Assembly: GCF_024521635.1 (NCBI RefSeq)
Contig: NW_026250411.1
Location: forward strand, 434,001-498,000
Direction of reading: 5' to 3'
Length of the DNA: 64,000 nt
From: Tricharina praecox
Taxonomy: Eukaryota
In this document: one piece after another, positions 26,186-36,886 of the stretch
How positions within the stretch are numbered: the first letter of the stretch is position 1
Layout of the letters: every line of letters begins with the position of its first letter
The notes under the pieces: model-generated
What the model saw: the letters and a program-made list of their open reading frames with translations, nothing else
The model's database searches: none
Told to the model about the DNA's origin: nothing
Translations under genes and position numbers: made by a program

Positions 26186-27067
26186 ATGCATTCCTCGACT
26201 ATCCTCATTTTCGTTGCTTTCCTGGCCGCGTTCGTCTCCGCCGTCCCTCAGCTGCAAGACAGAAGATGTCCAGCCGTAACCAGATGGTCGACTAAGACAC
26301 TGTAAGGAATACTCCCCGATCATGCAGTACACCAATGTTGATGTTTCGGTATGCATAGTACGCAAAAACCAAAGACTTCCACGAAGGTTGTTACGATCAC
26401 TCGAACCAAAGCCACCACATACACCCGATCTACCACGGTAATCAAACCATCCCTATTCCTGTGATCATACGGCTGATCTCTCCAGCTTACCAGGTGGCGC
26501 TCGGCAACTTGTCCTCCTCAATCGCCGATTACAATCACGGTGACCGCCACCCCCACGGTTCCGCCAACTCCGACGTCGAGCCCAGCCTGTCCGGCGATGC
26601 CAGTATCCGATCCCAGCTTCGAGAACGAGGACTGGGAATTCGAGATCCAAACAGGCGAGGGGACCTCTCTGTCGTACGCAACATCTCCCTCGCCGCGTAC
26701 TGGAAGCCGATACCTTCTGTCGGTTTTCTCGGCGTCGCTCAACGGTTTCCCCGGCCGCGGGGGGCAGGCGCGATCCAGAGCCTTCGCCGTTTGCGGCGGC
26801 AGACGGTACCGGTTCTCGGCGTGGACGAACAACTTCAACCTCGGTGCGTATGCGATTTTCACGATTGATGGCGTGTATACGGTGCAGACGGATATGTCTC
26901 CGGCCACCAATGTATGGACACAGGTAACGACGGAGTGGCTTGCTCCACCGAATGGTGGCATGGTTAAGATTGCGGTTGGCTTTGCGTACAGTAGAGAGTT
27001 GACGGAGCAGGGACTGGCGATCACACATATGGGTGTGGATGATGCTACTTTGACGTTGATTGCTTGA
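26186..27067 (+). CDS. Secreted 258-aa protein: signal peptide, Thr/Pro-rich stalk, C-terminal beta-sandwich (CBM4/9 or galactose-binding-like) domain; exons 26186..26301,26359..26437,26486..27067
   Basis: MHSSTILIFVAFLAAFVSA signal peptide; TATAAAA at about 26124; two in-phase introns; domain begins DPSFEN..W and contains YRFSAW, WTQVT and a terminal VDDATL, typical of CBM-like jelly rolls. Confidence 0.8.
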
Positions 27068-27392
27068 TATCTGATAGATAATGTCGGAGGAAATATGTAC
27101 CTAGTACTTTTGTATATGGAGCGAATTCGTGTTGGAACCGGAGGTGGAGGCAGAAACTTTTTTGGCCGATTTTCTCTACTCTTGACTCCGCTTTCTATCC
27201 AGGCACACTCCCGTAACATCAAATTAGAGCCTCGGAAAGTCTGAATGTGTGACTGTGGTGAAGAGGTCGCGAATCCAAATCTAGGTTAACATGTCCTAGC
27301 CTACTGACTGTGGGCCCATGGCATAGGGTTTGACGACTTCAGACCATTATCCAGATCAACATTCCGGTCAAAATAGATCACTCCAGAATACC

Positions 27393-28081
27393 ATGTTCAA
27401 ATCACTACAGCGCAGCCAACCAACTCTCCGATCCGTCCTGGCCGTCCCCCGGCGACGCATCATCCTCCCAACCAGCGTCATCCTGGAGCCCAGCATCGGA
27501 ATCACCGAAGAAGAATTCGACCCAGCCGACGTCGTCCCCTTCGATCTGCAGCTTCCACCGTCAAGCCCCACCTCCGCGCTCCTCTCGGCCGCACTAGGAT
27601 GCACGAACCTCACAAAGGTCGAAACGTACATCGAGGAGGTCTCGATGCCGCTGGCGCACACGGTCACGGGGGCGTTGGTGGGCCGACACCATCAGCCGTA
27701 CTTTTATTTTCCCGTCTCGGTGCACGACTGTCCGCTGCGGTTCGTGCATTTCCTGTATGCGCCGGTGTCGCCGTATACGCTGCTGGCGCGCGATGTGGGT
27801 TCCGGTTCCGGTCGGCGGTGTGTAGGTACATAGGAGTATGCGCTGATGTTCGGTAGGTCTGTGAGCTCCTCTATGGAGGCGAGGATGGTGGCGATGTGAC
27901 GGTACCGACGTTTTTTCGCGCCACGCTCGGAGGACGGATGGCGGAAGTGAGGCCAGTTCCTGTCAATGCCAGGTTCTCTGGGATCAGTGTGCTCGGTGCG
28001 GACTTTTGCTTGCTGCATGGGGCTGTTGCCATGCTGGATTACAATACCAAGGTGGCGAAGTTGGTGTTTGGGCAGGAGTAG
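27393..28081 (+). CDS. 208-aa hypothetical protein with a degenerate retropepsin-like (clan AA aspartic protease) domain and possible mitochondrial presequence; exons 27393..27794,27857..28081
   Basis: Phase-0 intron GTGGGT...GCTGAT...TAG; Arg/Ser/Leu-rich N-terminus without acidic residues; VHFLYAPVSPYTLL resembles FLxDTGSxxTxL, and SVLGADF resembles the C-terminal xxLGxDF motif. Confidence 0.65.
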
Positions 28082-28472
28082 AAGGAGTGAGGGATAACTA
28101 GTGGGGATGTTGAAGTGTATTATGGTATGTAGTATAGACCGAGGAAGTTCGCGAACTGGTTGGTATGGACAGAGCTTGGGCATGGGACAATCGACTACTC
28201 GAATAGCACATATGGCACTTTGCTCGTGATTGTATGTACGACGGTCCTATGCATACACAGGCGCAACCGTCCCATATTCTGCTGCTTGCATGCGACGATT
28301 TCAATGGTTCCTGAATACCAAATATATATCTCACAAAGCTCGTCTTTCCTCTCGTCATACAACCATCAAATACCTCTTCCTTCCTTTCTTCACTTCCTCC
28401 ATGCTTCCCTCATCTGCTACATACGCTCGCCAAACTTATCCATCTTCCACAACTCCAGACACCTGTCACCTT

Positions 28473-29415
28473 TTACGGAGTAGAGGGAGTGGTATCCGGC
28501 AGGTTATTGTTGTTTCCGTTGAGGGGAGACTTTGCATTACCAGGTCGTCCCTCCAACCGGTCGGTAAGGAAGGTCGCAGCACTCCTGGCCGTGGAGGAGC
28601 TGTATCCGGTGATGTGGGCGAGGAAGTTATCTCCTCCTCCGCAGACAGGGTCGCCCTATTTATTCGATGAGTATCTGTCGAAACGAAGGAAAGATTTATG
28701 TGGAGAGACTCACGCTGGCGCAGTTATCGTGGATCTTTCCGGCCCATGTGGTAGGAACCCTGGACAGCGTTCCCGTCGCCATCATCTACAACACCCACCG
28801 TCAGTCTTGTCATGGCTGAGCCCGAGGGATGGACGTACGTATGGGTCACCGAAGAGGGCAGCACCGATGATCCGTTTCTGGATGGCAGGATCTGCAAGAC
28901 CAGCACGGGCCTTATGGAAGACCTGACAACCCTGACTGTATCCTCCAAAAGCGAACCTAAAAACCTTTTAGTTCTCACACGGGGGCTCTCGAGCGGTGGA
29001 CTTACTTCATGTTGGGACATTCTACGGCACGCCTCTTCACGTACTCGACGACCCACGTGGTTCCAACCGCGGACGATGCCTCGAAATCGTCGTTGGCCGG
29101 GTATTCAACTCCGACGACGGTCATGCGAGAGCCAGCGGCCCGACGCAGCGCAGTCTGCATGGACCTGCCGACTGTCGTGCCGATTTTCCCCTAGTCTGCT
29201 GTCAATACCGATCCGGCACGATGAAGGAATGAGTCTCCTAGACGTACAGACTCGCCGGTGCTATCGAAGAATAAAATCAAGTTAGTTCTTGAATCCGAAA
29301 ATTCGGTCTGATTGGCTTACCCGCGCGCAAACAAGAACTCGGACTCGGGGCACGACTGTGCGGCGACCCCACCAATCAGAGCAGCTGCACCAATGATAAT
29401 TGATATGAGCTTCAT
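28473..29415 (-). CDS. Secreted cutinase (CE5), 221 aa; exons complement(29321..29415,29248..29260,29006..29190,28839..28956,28714..28785,28473..28655)
   Basis: Signal peptide MKLISIIIGAAALIGGVAA; after splicing, FARGTGE, VEYPA, CP, nucleophile elbow GGYSQG, LFGDP, CASGDPVC (catalytic Asp) and LAH (catalytic His). All five introns are GT-AG and phase-consistent. Confidence 0.93.
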
Positions 29416-30766
29416 GGCTGAAGTATGTGATTTGACGGAGGCTGGAGGAAGGGAACGAAAGCAGGAAGGAGTGTGGGGGTGCGAGACGAGTGATATAGTG
29501 AGAGGGCCGTGGCTGGAGATCAACTTATGGTCAAACCCAGAGAGACGACTACCTACTTAAGTTCCCTTTTCCCGTTCACCACAGCAGAGAATCTTCATCT
29601 GAAGGGCTTGGTCTACAACCAAACGACAGATAGCCACCCATACCTATCCCGAGGTCACTCCTCGGTCACTCAACCACCAAATCAACTTACCCAAAAATCG
29701 ATCCGCTATTATCACTATACGGGGCTTTGGATCCGATTGATCCGACCCACGGCCGGCGGGGTGGTTGGTAGATGGCCAGTAGTTTTTCTCTGGGAATCCT
29801 ACGCTCATAGTAGCCCCTATACAACCGTTACCGTGGTATTGGCAGGCGAGCGGAAAGCGGGGGGCATACAAAACTCCCCCATGGCCGAGCCCGAGTATCG
29901 AGATTCAGATCGAGCCCATGCACATGCGTCCACCACCACCACCGTACCCCGCATAATCTATTCTTCGCGGGGTAGTTATGTCGATACTTAGCACATATCC
30001 ATTCAAAATTTCTATGTACGTGCGACCCCGGTTTTTTGGATGCCTAATCTTTCAGCGGCTGTAGTTATTATTCAACGTCCGCATCAATATCTACGCATAG
30101 TGAGGATTCTATATGAAGGCAGAATTCATGACATGAGTTTTTTTCACCCACTGTCGGGCGAACTGAGAAGCCGTGTGGGTGGTCTCCTTGTTTGCGTGGG
30201 CGGCGATTATTCTGCCCGACCACCGACTTCATGATCGTTTATTCCTCGGCCGCCAACGATACCATAGACTTGCAGCCCAGTGATCAAAAAACCACGTAGC
30301 TAGCCTCACCGGGGCTATATGTAGATAAACAAGCAGCCGAGGTTTGCCAAACGTAGTGTTTCACTTCTTAGCCGCAGGATATGTATTGAGGTCATCACTA
30401 TATTTTGACATCCCGTAGCCTACAGCTAAGCTGGAGCGAAACCATCAGATCGCCCTTCCGCAGAAACGTCGATATGGCTACCGACGAAGAGATCTCAATA
30501 CCGAGGTGACGGCTTCCCCGTGGCGAGCCAACACCTTCACAATCGCACTCAAAAGCTAAGGAGAGAAATACCGTACTGCGGTCTCGATATAATTCCACCC
30601 CATTCCCTCCCCCGCCGCCGTTTTCAAACAGGCAGTCAACCCCACTACACTCCTTGCATTGTTTTTGTCTTCACAGCTCGTCACCGGCCGCACGCAACAC
30701 CGCCAACCTCTCTCGCAGCCTACAAAAAAAAACCCCACGCATTCCTCCCTCCCGCAAAAAAAGAAC

Positions 30767-31082
30767 ATGCGTTCCCTATCGCTCAGCACCGTCCTGCTCG
30801 CAACGCTCGGTCTGGTGTCCGCGCAAGCCCCTGGGTATGTCTCCTCCCCCTTGCTGCGTGCTTGCTAGCCAGCCAATCCACTAACGGCGTAAAAAAAACA
30901 GCTCCATCAGCGAAGCCATCGAACAGGCGGAGCGGGGCGTGGGCTGGGTCGCACTGCCGTACGGAATCCAGTATCCTACGGGGATCCTGTTCCCCGGCTA
31001 CACGGGCTGGATCACACTGCCGCTCAACGGCGGGCCGCCGTGCAAGTCAAGCAGTGCTCAGGATACGGTGGGGCAGTGTTGA
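30767..31082 (+). CDS. Small secreted protein, 82 aa; exons 30767..30834,30902..31082
   Basis: Signal peptide MRSLSLSTVLLATLGLVSA; intron GTATGT...CTAAC...CAG in phase 2; mature part QAPGSISEAIEQAERGVGWVALPYGIQYPTGILFPGYTGWITLPLNGGPPCKSSSAQDTVGQC. Confidence 0.75.
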
Positions 31083-32428
31083 GATGACGGACGTGGTGGG
31101 GGGGTGAATAGCTGCTGAGCTTTACGATGATGTACTTGTTGGTCTACTGGGAAAGCCGTGGGATGGGGATGGGATGGGACGCATGTAAGAACCGGACAGG
31201 TGCTGCAAATATCAAGCTGTCATAGCTATTGAGCCACTCTTCATTGCTGCTGTGATGTACCGATTTGTGCTGCTAGTGAGATAATGATCGGGCTGAAAGG
31301 CAGCGGGGACTTGGACAAGGAGATGTACACAGCCATGATCGACTAGGGTCCGAGAATGCTGTGACGATTAAATGAAAAAAAATAAAAACAATAGTAGAGA
31401 TAATACTATTCCGCTGCGACACCCGGCGATACGCGATACGAGCAGACAAGAAGAACTAGTAGACCGAACATACCAAAGCTTTGGGCAAGTGCTCATTGCT
31501 CAAGAGATATTAGCATACCGGTATCAAGTTAGATATGACGTTCGAGTAGCGAGTAGAACTTGCGTTAGGCCATCTTTCTCTGTTTGTTCGCAAAGGAGAC
31601 AATACCACGGTGGACGTTTCCGGGTAGCGAGTGGGTCGAGAGCTGCAAAGAATTTCGAGATTGTAGAAGACTGTGGATGATATTCGATCAGAATCGTTGG
31701 GATAGCGCATATGGTGAAACATAGATGGCTAGAGGCGGGTATCAAGTCGAGCTGGCTTCTTGAGGAGGAATCGGGCGGGCTCTTGAAGGAGGTATGTATG
31801 AGAGATGACATTGCGATTGAAATTTAAGTGGCTAGTATACCGCAGCCTGCCGAGTGAGCGAATAGTATGGCCGTTTTCCTTGGGCCTGTGACGGCATAGC
31901 GAGTAGAGTTTGCATGTATGAAGGTTCTCTCCGTTAGCATGATTGAGTGCAGGTTGGATTTTGTGCTGATCACGGCGGTGTACCTGATATGCAGTGCCGG
32001 CGAGATAAGAGTCGAAGCGGGAGATCGCCATGGCAGCGAGTACGGACCGGGTCGGTCACGTGCTCGCCATCAGTGACGGCAAGACCTATTGACTCTTGAC
32101 ACTTCTGATAGAAGCATCGATGAATCTTCTGCATCCGGGAAGTCGATAGGAAGGTCAAATAGATACTCATTTATGTGCATTTGCCATTGTCTGAAACATG
32201 CCTGCTCCCGATCTTTATATTGATTGCTGTCACTCTGGGAGAATGTGTACCTGCATGCCTGATGTGTTCTGCTCTCCCATGCTGTTATATTCCGCCTGGA
32301 ACCCTTTCTCCGATCCATAGCTGGTGCTGCTTTTACAAACCTCCATTCAGTCTCTATCAGCAATTCATCCAGTGAGCCTATACGACACTCTCCAGGCGCA
32401 CCAACTTCACGGCCAATCCCCGAGCAAC

Positions 32429-33083
32429 ATGCGCCAACTACGCCGTCGTCTCCTCCTCCTCTCGGCCTTACTATTCATCCTCTGCCAGCAAGTAGAAGCT
32501 GATGAGTCCTCTACAACGCCCATCATCATATCGACCGCTACCATCGCTACAAGTACGAACACCATTCCGCCGGTCACCACAGCCCTCACCACCGCTCCGA
32601 CCACCACATCCGCAATCCGTCCAGCGACAACCTCCACAACCTCCCTCGAAACCTCCGCAATCCTCGCCCCCGTCCCAGTCCCACCTACCACCATTGCCGC
32701 CGTCGGCCCAGCAACAACCATTCCTCCCGCCGAACTCCTACCTCCAACCGTGACATTGACAACAACCCCACGTCCTCCAACAACTGTTTGGTACCTTCCC
32801 TCATACGCCGTTTCATCACGCAGCTAACATCTCCAGGGTAACACTATCCAGCGGCACCACCGTCACCGTCGTCCCGAGCATCTTCTCCCAGCCGTTCCCA
32901 ATACTGCACGACAGTACTACTGGGAGAGTCAAGAGCGGCGTGATCGGCTTGGGGACGCAGACGAAGCCTGTGGGTGTTGTCAAGACCGGTTACGCCTCGG
33001 TGGGCACCAGGATACTAGGTGTGAAGCGGGTGGGAATACTGGGAGTTTGTGTTTCTGTGACCGTGGGGGTTTGGGCATTTTGA
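32429..33083 (+). CDS. KRE1: Kre1-like Thr-rich cell-surface (probably GPI-anchored) protein, 202 aa; exons 32429..32790,32837..33083
   Basis: Signal peptide and Thr/Pro-rich region, then TTVWVT...FSQPF...VKSGVIGLGTQTKPVGVVKT (Kre1 domain pattern) and a hydrophobic C-terminus; intron GTACCT...GCTAAC...CAG. Confidence 0.78.
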
Positions 33084-33465
33084 AGTGGAGTTTTGGATGG
33101 ATCATGGATCGTGACACTGGCCTTCTGTATGGGCTTGCTACTCGATTGGGTTTGTTTGGATGTACATACGATGCCAGGCTCTTGCCCGATTTTACGCTTC
33201 TCCGAGTCTGCTCTTTTGTCCAGGCCTGTCTTTCCCCGTGTGCTCTTTCAAGCCAGTTCCTCCAAGAAGTCCGTTCTTTGAGACGCCCGCTTACTCTCTA
33301 GATAGCCACTCGCGCAGGAAGTTAAAAGGTGGTGCGCGGTATCCTCAGCATACTAATGCAATTCTTCAGAAGAAGTGATGTCGATAGTTGACCGTATCAG
33401 TGGGCATTGCGAGAAGTACTTATTGAGCAAAAACCCAGATCGAGAAAAAATTGAAAACATTAACC

Positions 33466-33736
33466 AAAAATGAAAGTTGTCACACCTAACCAGGCCACCT
33501 TCCCAAAGCCCACCACCGTGCGATCCAGCGCCGCCACCCCGAGACCAGAATTCTCTGCGTCGTTGCCGACCTGAAGTGTATTTCTGGTACTTAGGCCCCA
33601 TAGCCGGGTGACTTACGTGCACCAGCTAACATGAGCTCCTCGGGATTCGAACCGGACACAGTGAGCAAACTATGTTTGAAATGGGATAGTGACAAGGTAA
33701 AACGATGCACCTCCTTTCGATACGACCATAACAGTC
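33466..33736 (-). ncRNA. SCR1: Signal recognition particle (SRP/7SL) RNA, about 270 nt
   Basis: 5' fungal minimal Alu hairpin GACUGUUAUGGUC; internal B-box GGTTCGAATCC (33643-33653); helix 6 with GUAA tetraloop; helix 8 UCAGGUCG-GCAA-CGACGCAG (33553-33576); long-range pairing UUGUCAC/GUGACAA; Pol III T-run terminator at 33466-33470. Confidence 0.88.
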
Positions 33737-33798
33737 AGAAATGTTTGCTGATAAAAAATATTTGAACCCCACCGCCGGAAGCTAATGGCGCTCATTTA

Positions 33799-33878
33799 CC
33801 ACACCATCACCAACCACCATCACCAACCACCATCACCAACCACCATCACCACCACCACCATCGCCATCACCACCACCA
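33799..33878. repeat. CAC/CAT/CAA-rich microsatellite (CACCATCACCAAC units)
   Basis: Read directly; lies just upstream of the SRP RNA gene. Confidence 0.85.
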
Positions 33879-34131
33879 TTAACGCTTGCAACACATAATT
33901 TTACTGAATCACTGGATGAATACCGCGATAAATTTTCCCATGAATATATAACGAATAAAGCCCAAATTCGTAACATTTTATATTGACATGAGCTTGCATG
34001 AAGCCTGCTCTCCGGAGACAATTCCTTTTCGCCTGCTTGGATCCTACAATTTCTCCTTGCTCCACTCATATTGGTACTCGAGTGTTCCGTGCCAATAACT
34101 GCCCGAATGATTAGCCACCGTACGATCATCT

Positions 34132-35223
34132 TCATGCGGGGACAAGATTGGTAACATACTCTGTAGCGCTCCCCCTGGCATTCTCCCACGCCTTCTCGAG
34201 CGCCTGCAGGACCTCCTCTGGCAGCGGCCCCTTCTCGAGTTCCTTGATGTTCTCCTCCAACTGCTGCATGGAGCTTACTCCGATGAGAATGCCATCATTC
34301 CCGCTGTCGCCCATCTTCAGCGCGGAATGGTGCACCAGCCATCTCAGCGCGGTCTCCAGCAGCGTGATGCCGTGCGCATCCGCCGCCTCCTTCACGCCCT
34401 TGATGGCGTCGAGCACGGGGTCGCGGAAGTACCTGCCGCGGTAGATCCCGCCCGTCGGCCCCGAATCCGAGTAGCGGCCCTCCACCGGCGCGGCGCTCTT
34501 CTCGTGCGCCGCCGCGATGCCCTCAAACTTCGACGACAGCAGCCCTCCAGCGACGGGGTTGTACACGACAATGTCGAGGCCGTAGCGCCTGCACGCAGGC
34601 ACCAGCTCGCGCTCAATCCCGCGCGTGATGAAGTTATACATGCCCTGGTAGACAGTGGGGCGGACCCAACCGCGCTCGCGGCACAGCGTGACGACCTCGG
34701 CGAGCTCATACGCAGTGTAGTTCGATACACCTAGCTGGCGGAACTTCCCCTCGCGGTACATTTCATCGCAGCACTGCAGGGTCTCTTCGAACGGCACGCG
34801 GCGGTCCGCCGCGTGCAGGTAGAAGATGTCGACGCATGGCGTCTGCAGCTCCGCGAGCGAGGTTTCGAGAGACCCCCGCAGCGACGCCGCCGTGTGCGTG
34901 TACGTCCCCATTGGGTAGCATTTCGTCGCGATCTTCAGGTTCAGGTCTTGGTACCCCGCCTGGTAGGTGAACGCCTCCTGCGCCCCTCCGATGTACACGC
35001 GCGCCGTGTCAATCTCGGAGTACCCGGCTGAGATAAATTTTTTGAATAGAGCGGTGGTGCTGGGGATGTCGGTGATGCGGGCGCCGTGTTCGGCGGTCTG
35101 AAGGGATCGGTGTTAGCAGAGTTACTATTCGAAGTCGGGGGAGAGGGGAGGACATACCGGGCCGAAGGTCATACATCCCAAAATGATGCGGTTCTTGTTT
35201 TGCGGGGCGACGGAGGAGGACAT
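34132..35223 (-). CDS. Aldo-keto reductase, AKR7 (aflatoxin B1 aldehyde reductase)-like, 343 aa; exons complement(35158..35223,34132..35097)
   Basis: RIILGCMTFG, IDTARVYIGG, IATKCYP, DIFYLHAADR, LGVSNY, PTVYQGMYN, YNPVAGGL, ALRWLVHHS. Confidence 0.93.
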
Positions 35224-36290
35224 TTTGCTTGTTTGCTTAGGATGACGAGGTGAAGTCTGAGGTGAGATTGAGATGTATTTGACAATTGCTCTCAACCCGT
35301 CCACATCGTGAGGTTTTATACACTGTGGATTCCCGGATTTAAGTGTAAATACAATAAACTACGTACTTCCCGGAGTTAACATGCGCATGTCCGGGACGGC
35401 CACAATTGGGCGGTTGCGGCTGCATGCGGGGATTTACGACCATACAGAAACAGGCTGCTGAGATGCCTCCTAGACTGACTGATTGGTGCGCATTGTTATA
35501 ATATCTCACTCGTTGCTTAGTCGCTTACGCGGTCATGACGGCGAGAAGCACTAGCCGCCTACATACCACCCCTCTTTTCTGTCCTCTCGAGGCTTTCAGA
35601 CTCAAACAATACAATTGTTTTGTCTACTCAGTAATTGCTTGCGACCTAAGTAGATCATAGCAATATATGTACCTATACACTCCGGATTCCCGCCACTGTT
35701 CGACCCGACTTTCATCGAGTGGCCCGATGTGGCTTTCCCTGCCCACCGCCTTGGCCTGTCCCCGCAATGAAAGTAGAGCGCACCAAAGAAATATTACTAG
35801 GAAAAGACATCTCCCGCTCCCTCTCCCTACTCCCCTCCGCCTGTTGCCTCTTCCAAAAGGGATGCCATAAAAGAAGGTGTGGGAGGAACAGCGGGCCTGA
35901 GCCCAGCTCCTCAACCTCAGCACCCTCCTCCTCCTCCCGCCTCAGTTCTGCCTCCCTTTCTTCCCGCCCCCTAAGCTCGCACTCGGAGACCTCACTCTCT
36001 GTATCTTCCTCGGCGGTCTCAGACACCTGTCTGCCCACATCAGTGGAAGAGGGGATCCAATTCCAGAATTGCCTTGCCTTGCTGCAGCGCTCGGAGATCT
36101 CGGATCTTGAATCGATCGTTGCCCCTCCTCGTCTGCTTCCGGGCCTATGCCCGCAGAGTTTTCTGCTGGCTCTTCCATTCGCGGCAGTTCTTGAATTGGT
36201 GCTCCCGTCTCAAACAATACAATACTTGTTCACACATTCCAACACGCGTTGCAAATATGCGGTGCGAGTGAGCAGTCATGACTGTTATTG

Positions 36291-36687
36291 ATGCGGTGGG
36301 ACGATGGGCACTGCGGGAACAGCCCTCGCGAAACAAATGTCACATAGTACTAAAATATTCTAGACCTCGCCATCGATGACAGCCTCGAAACACAGAGTTC
36401 CACCTCACCAGCGTCTACAAATCAATCAGGAATGCGGTGGCACGATGGGCACTGCAGGAACAGCCCACGCGAAACAAATGTCACATAGGTAGTACTACTA
36501 CATTTTGGATCTCGCCACCGACGACAGCCTCAGAACACAGAATTCCACCTCACGATAGGCACTGCAGGAACAGCCCTCGCGAAACAAATGTCACATAGTA
36601 CTAAAACATTCTAGACCTCGCCATCTATGACTGTCTCAGAGCACAGAGTTCCACTTCCACCTCACCACCGCCTACAAACAAATCAAG
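36291..36687. repeat. Three diverged tandem copies of a unit of about 120-140 bp
   Basis: GATGGGCACTGC(A/G)GGAACAGCCC(T/A)CGCGAAACAAATGTCACATAG...CTCGCCA...CACAGA(G/A)TTCCAC recurs at about 36303, 36444 and 36554. Confidence 0.9.
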
Positions 36688-36886
36688 CACAAACGAAATC
36701 CGAGCGACAGGCACACATGTTTAAAACTGGGGATAGACAAGCAAGACAACCATCAAGAAAGAAAGAACGAAGCAGACGCAACCGAAAACTCCAAAAGCAG
36801 ACATTAACACCAGCGTGATCCCGCTTCCCAAAAGTAACCGCACAATGCACTCGCACCCCATCTACCCAACTCCTCAATGCGCGCAA

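Noticed and set aside
31372..32400. Several 60-100-aa ORFs between the secreted peptide and the Kre1-like gene
   Set aside because: No recognisable motif or consistent exon chain; a decayed gene cannot be excluded.
33636..33660. tRNA-like T-loop GGTTCGAATCC
   Set aside because: No cloverleaf around it; better explained as the internal B-box of the SRP RNA gene.
36291..36687. Repeat array resembling CRISPR
   Set aside because: Eukaryotic context, whole units are homologous (no unique spacers), and there are no cas genes.
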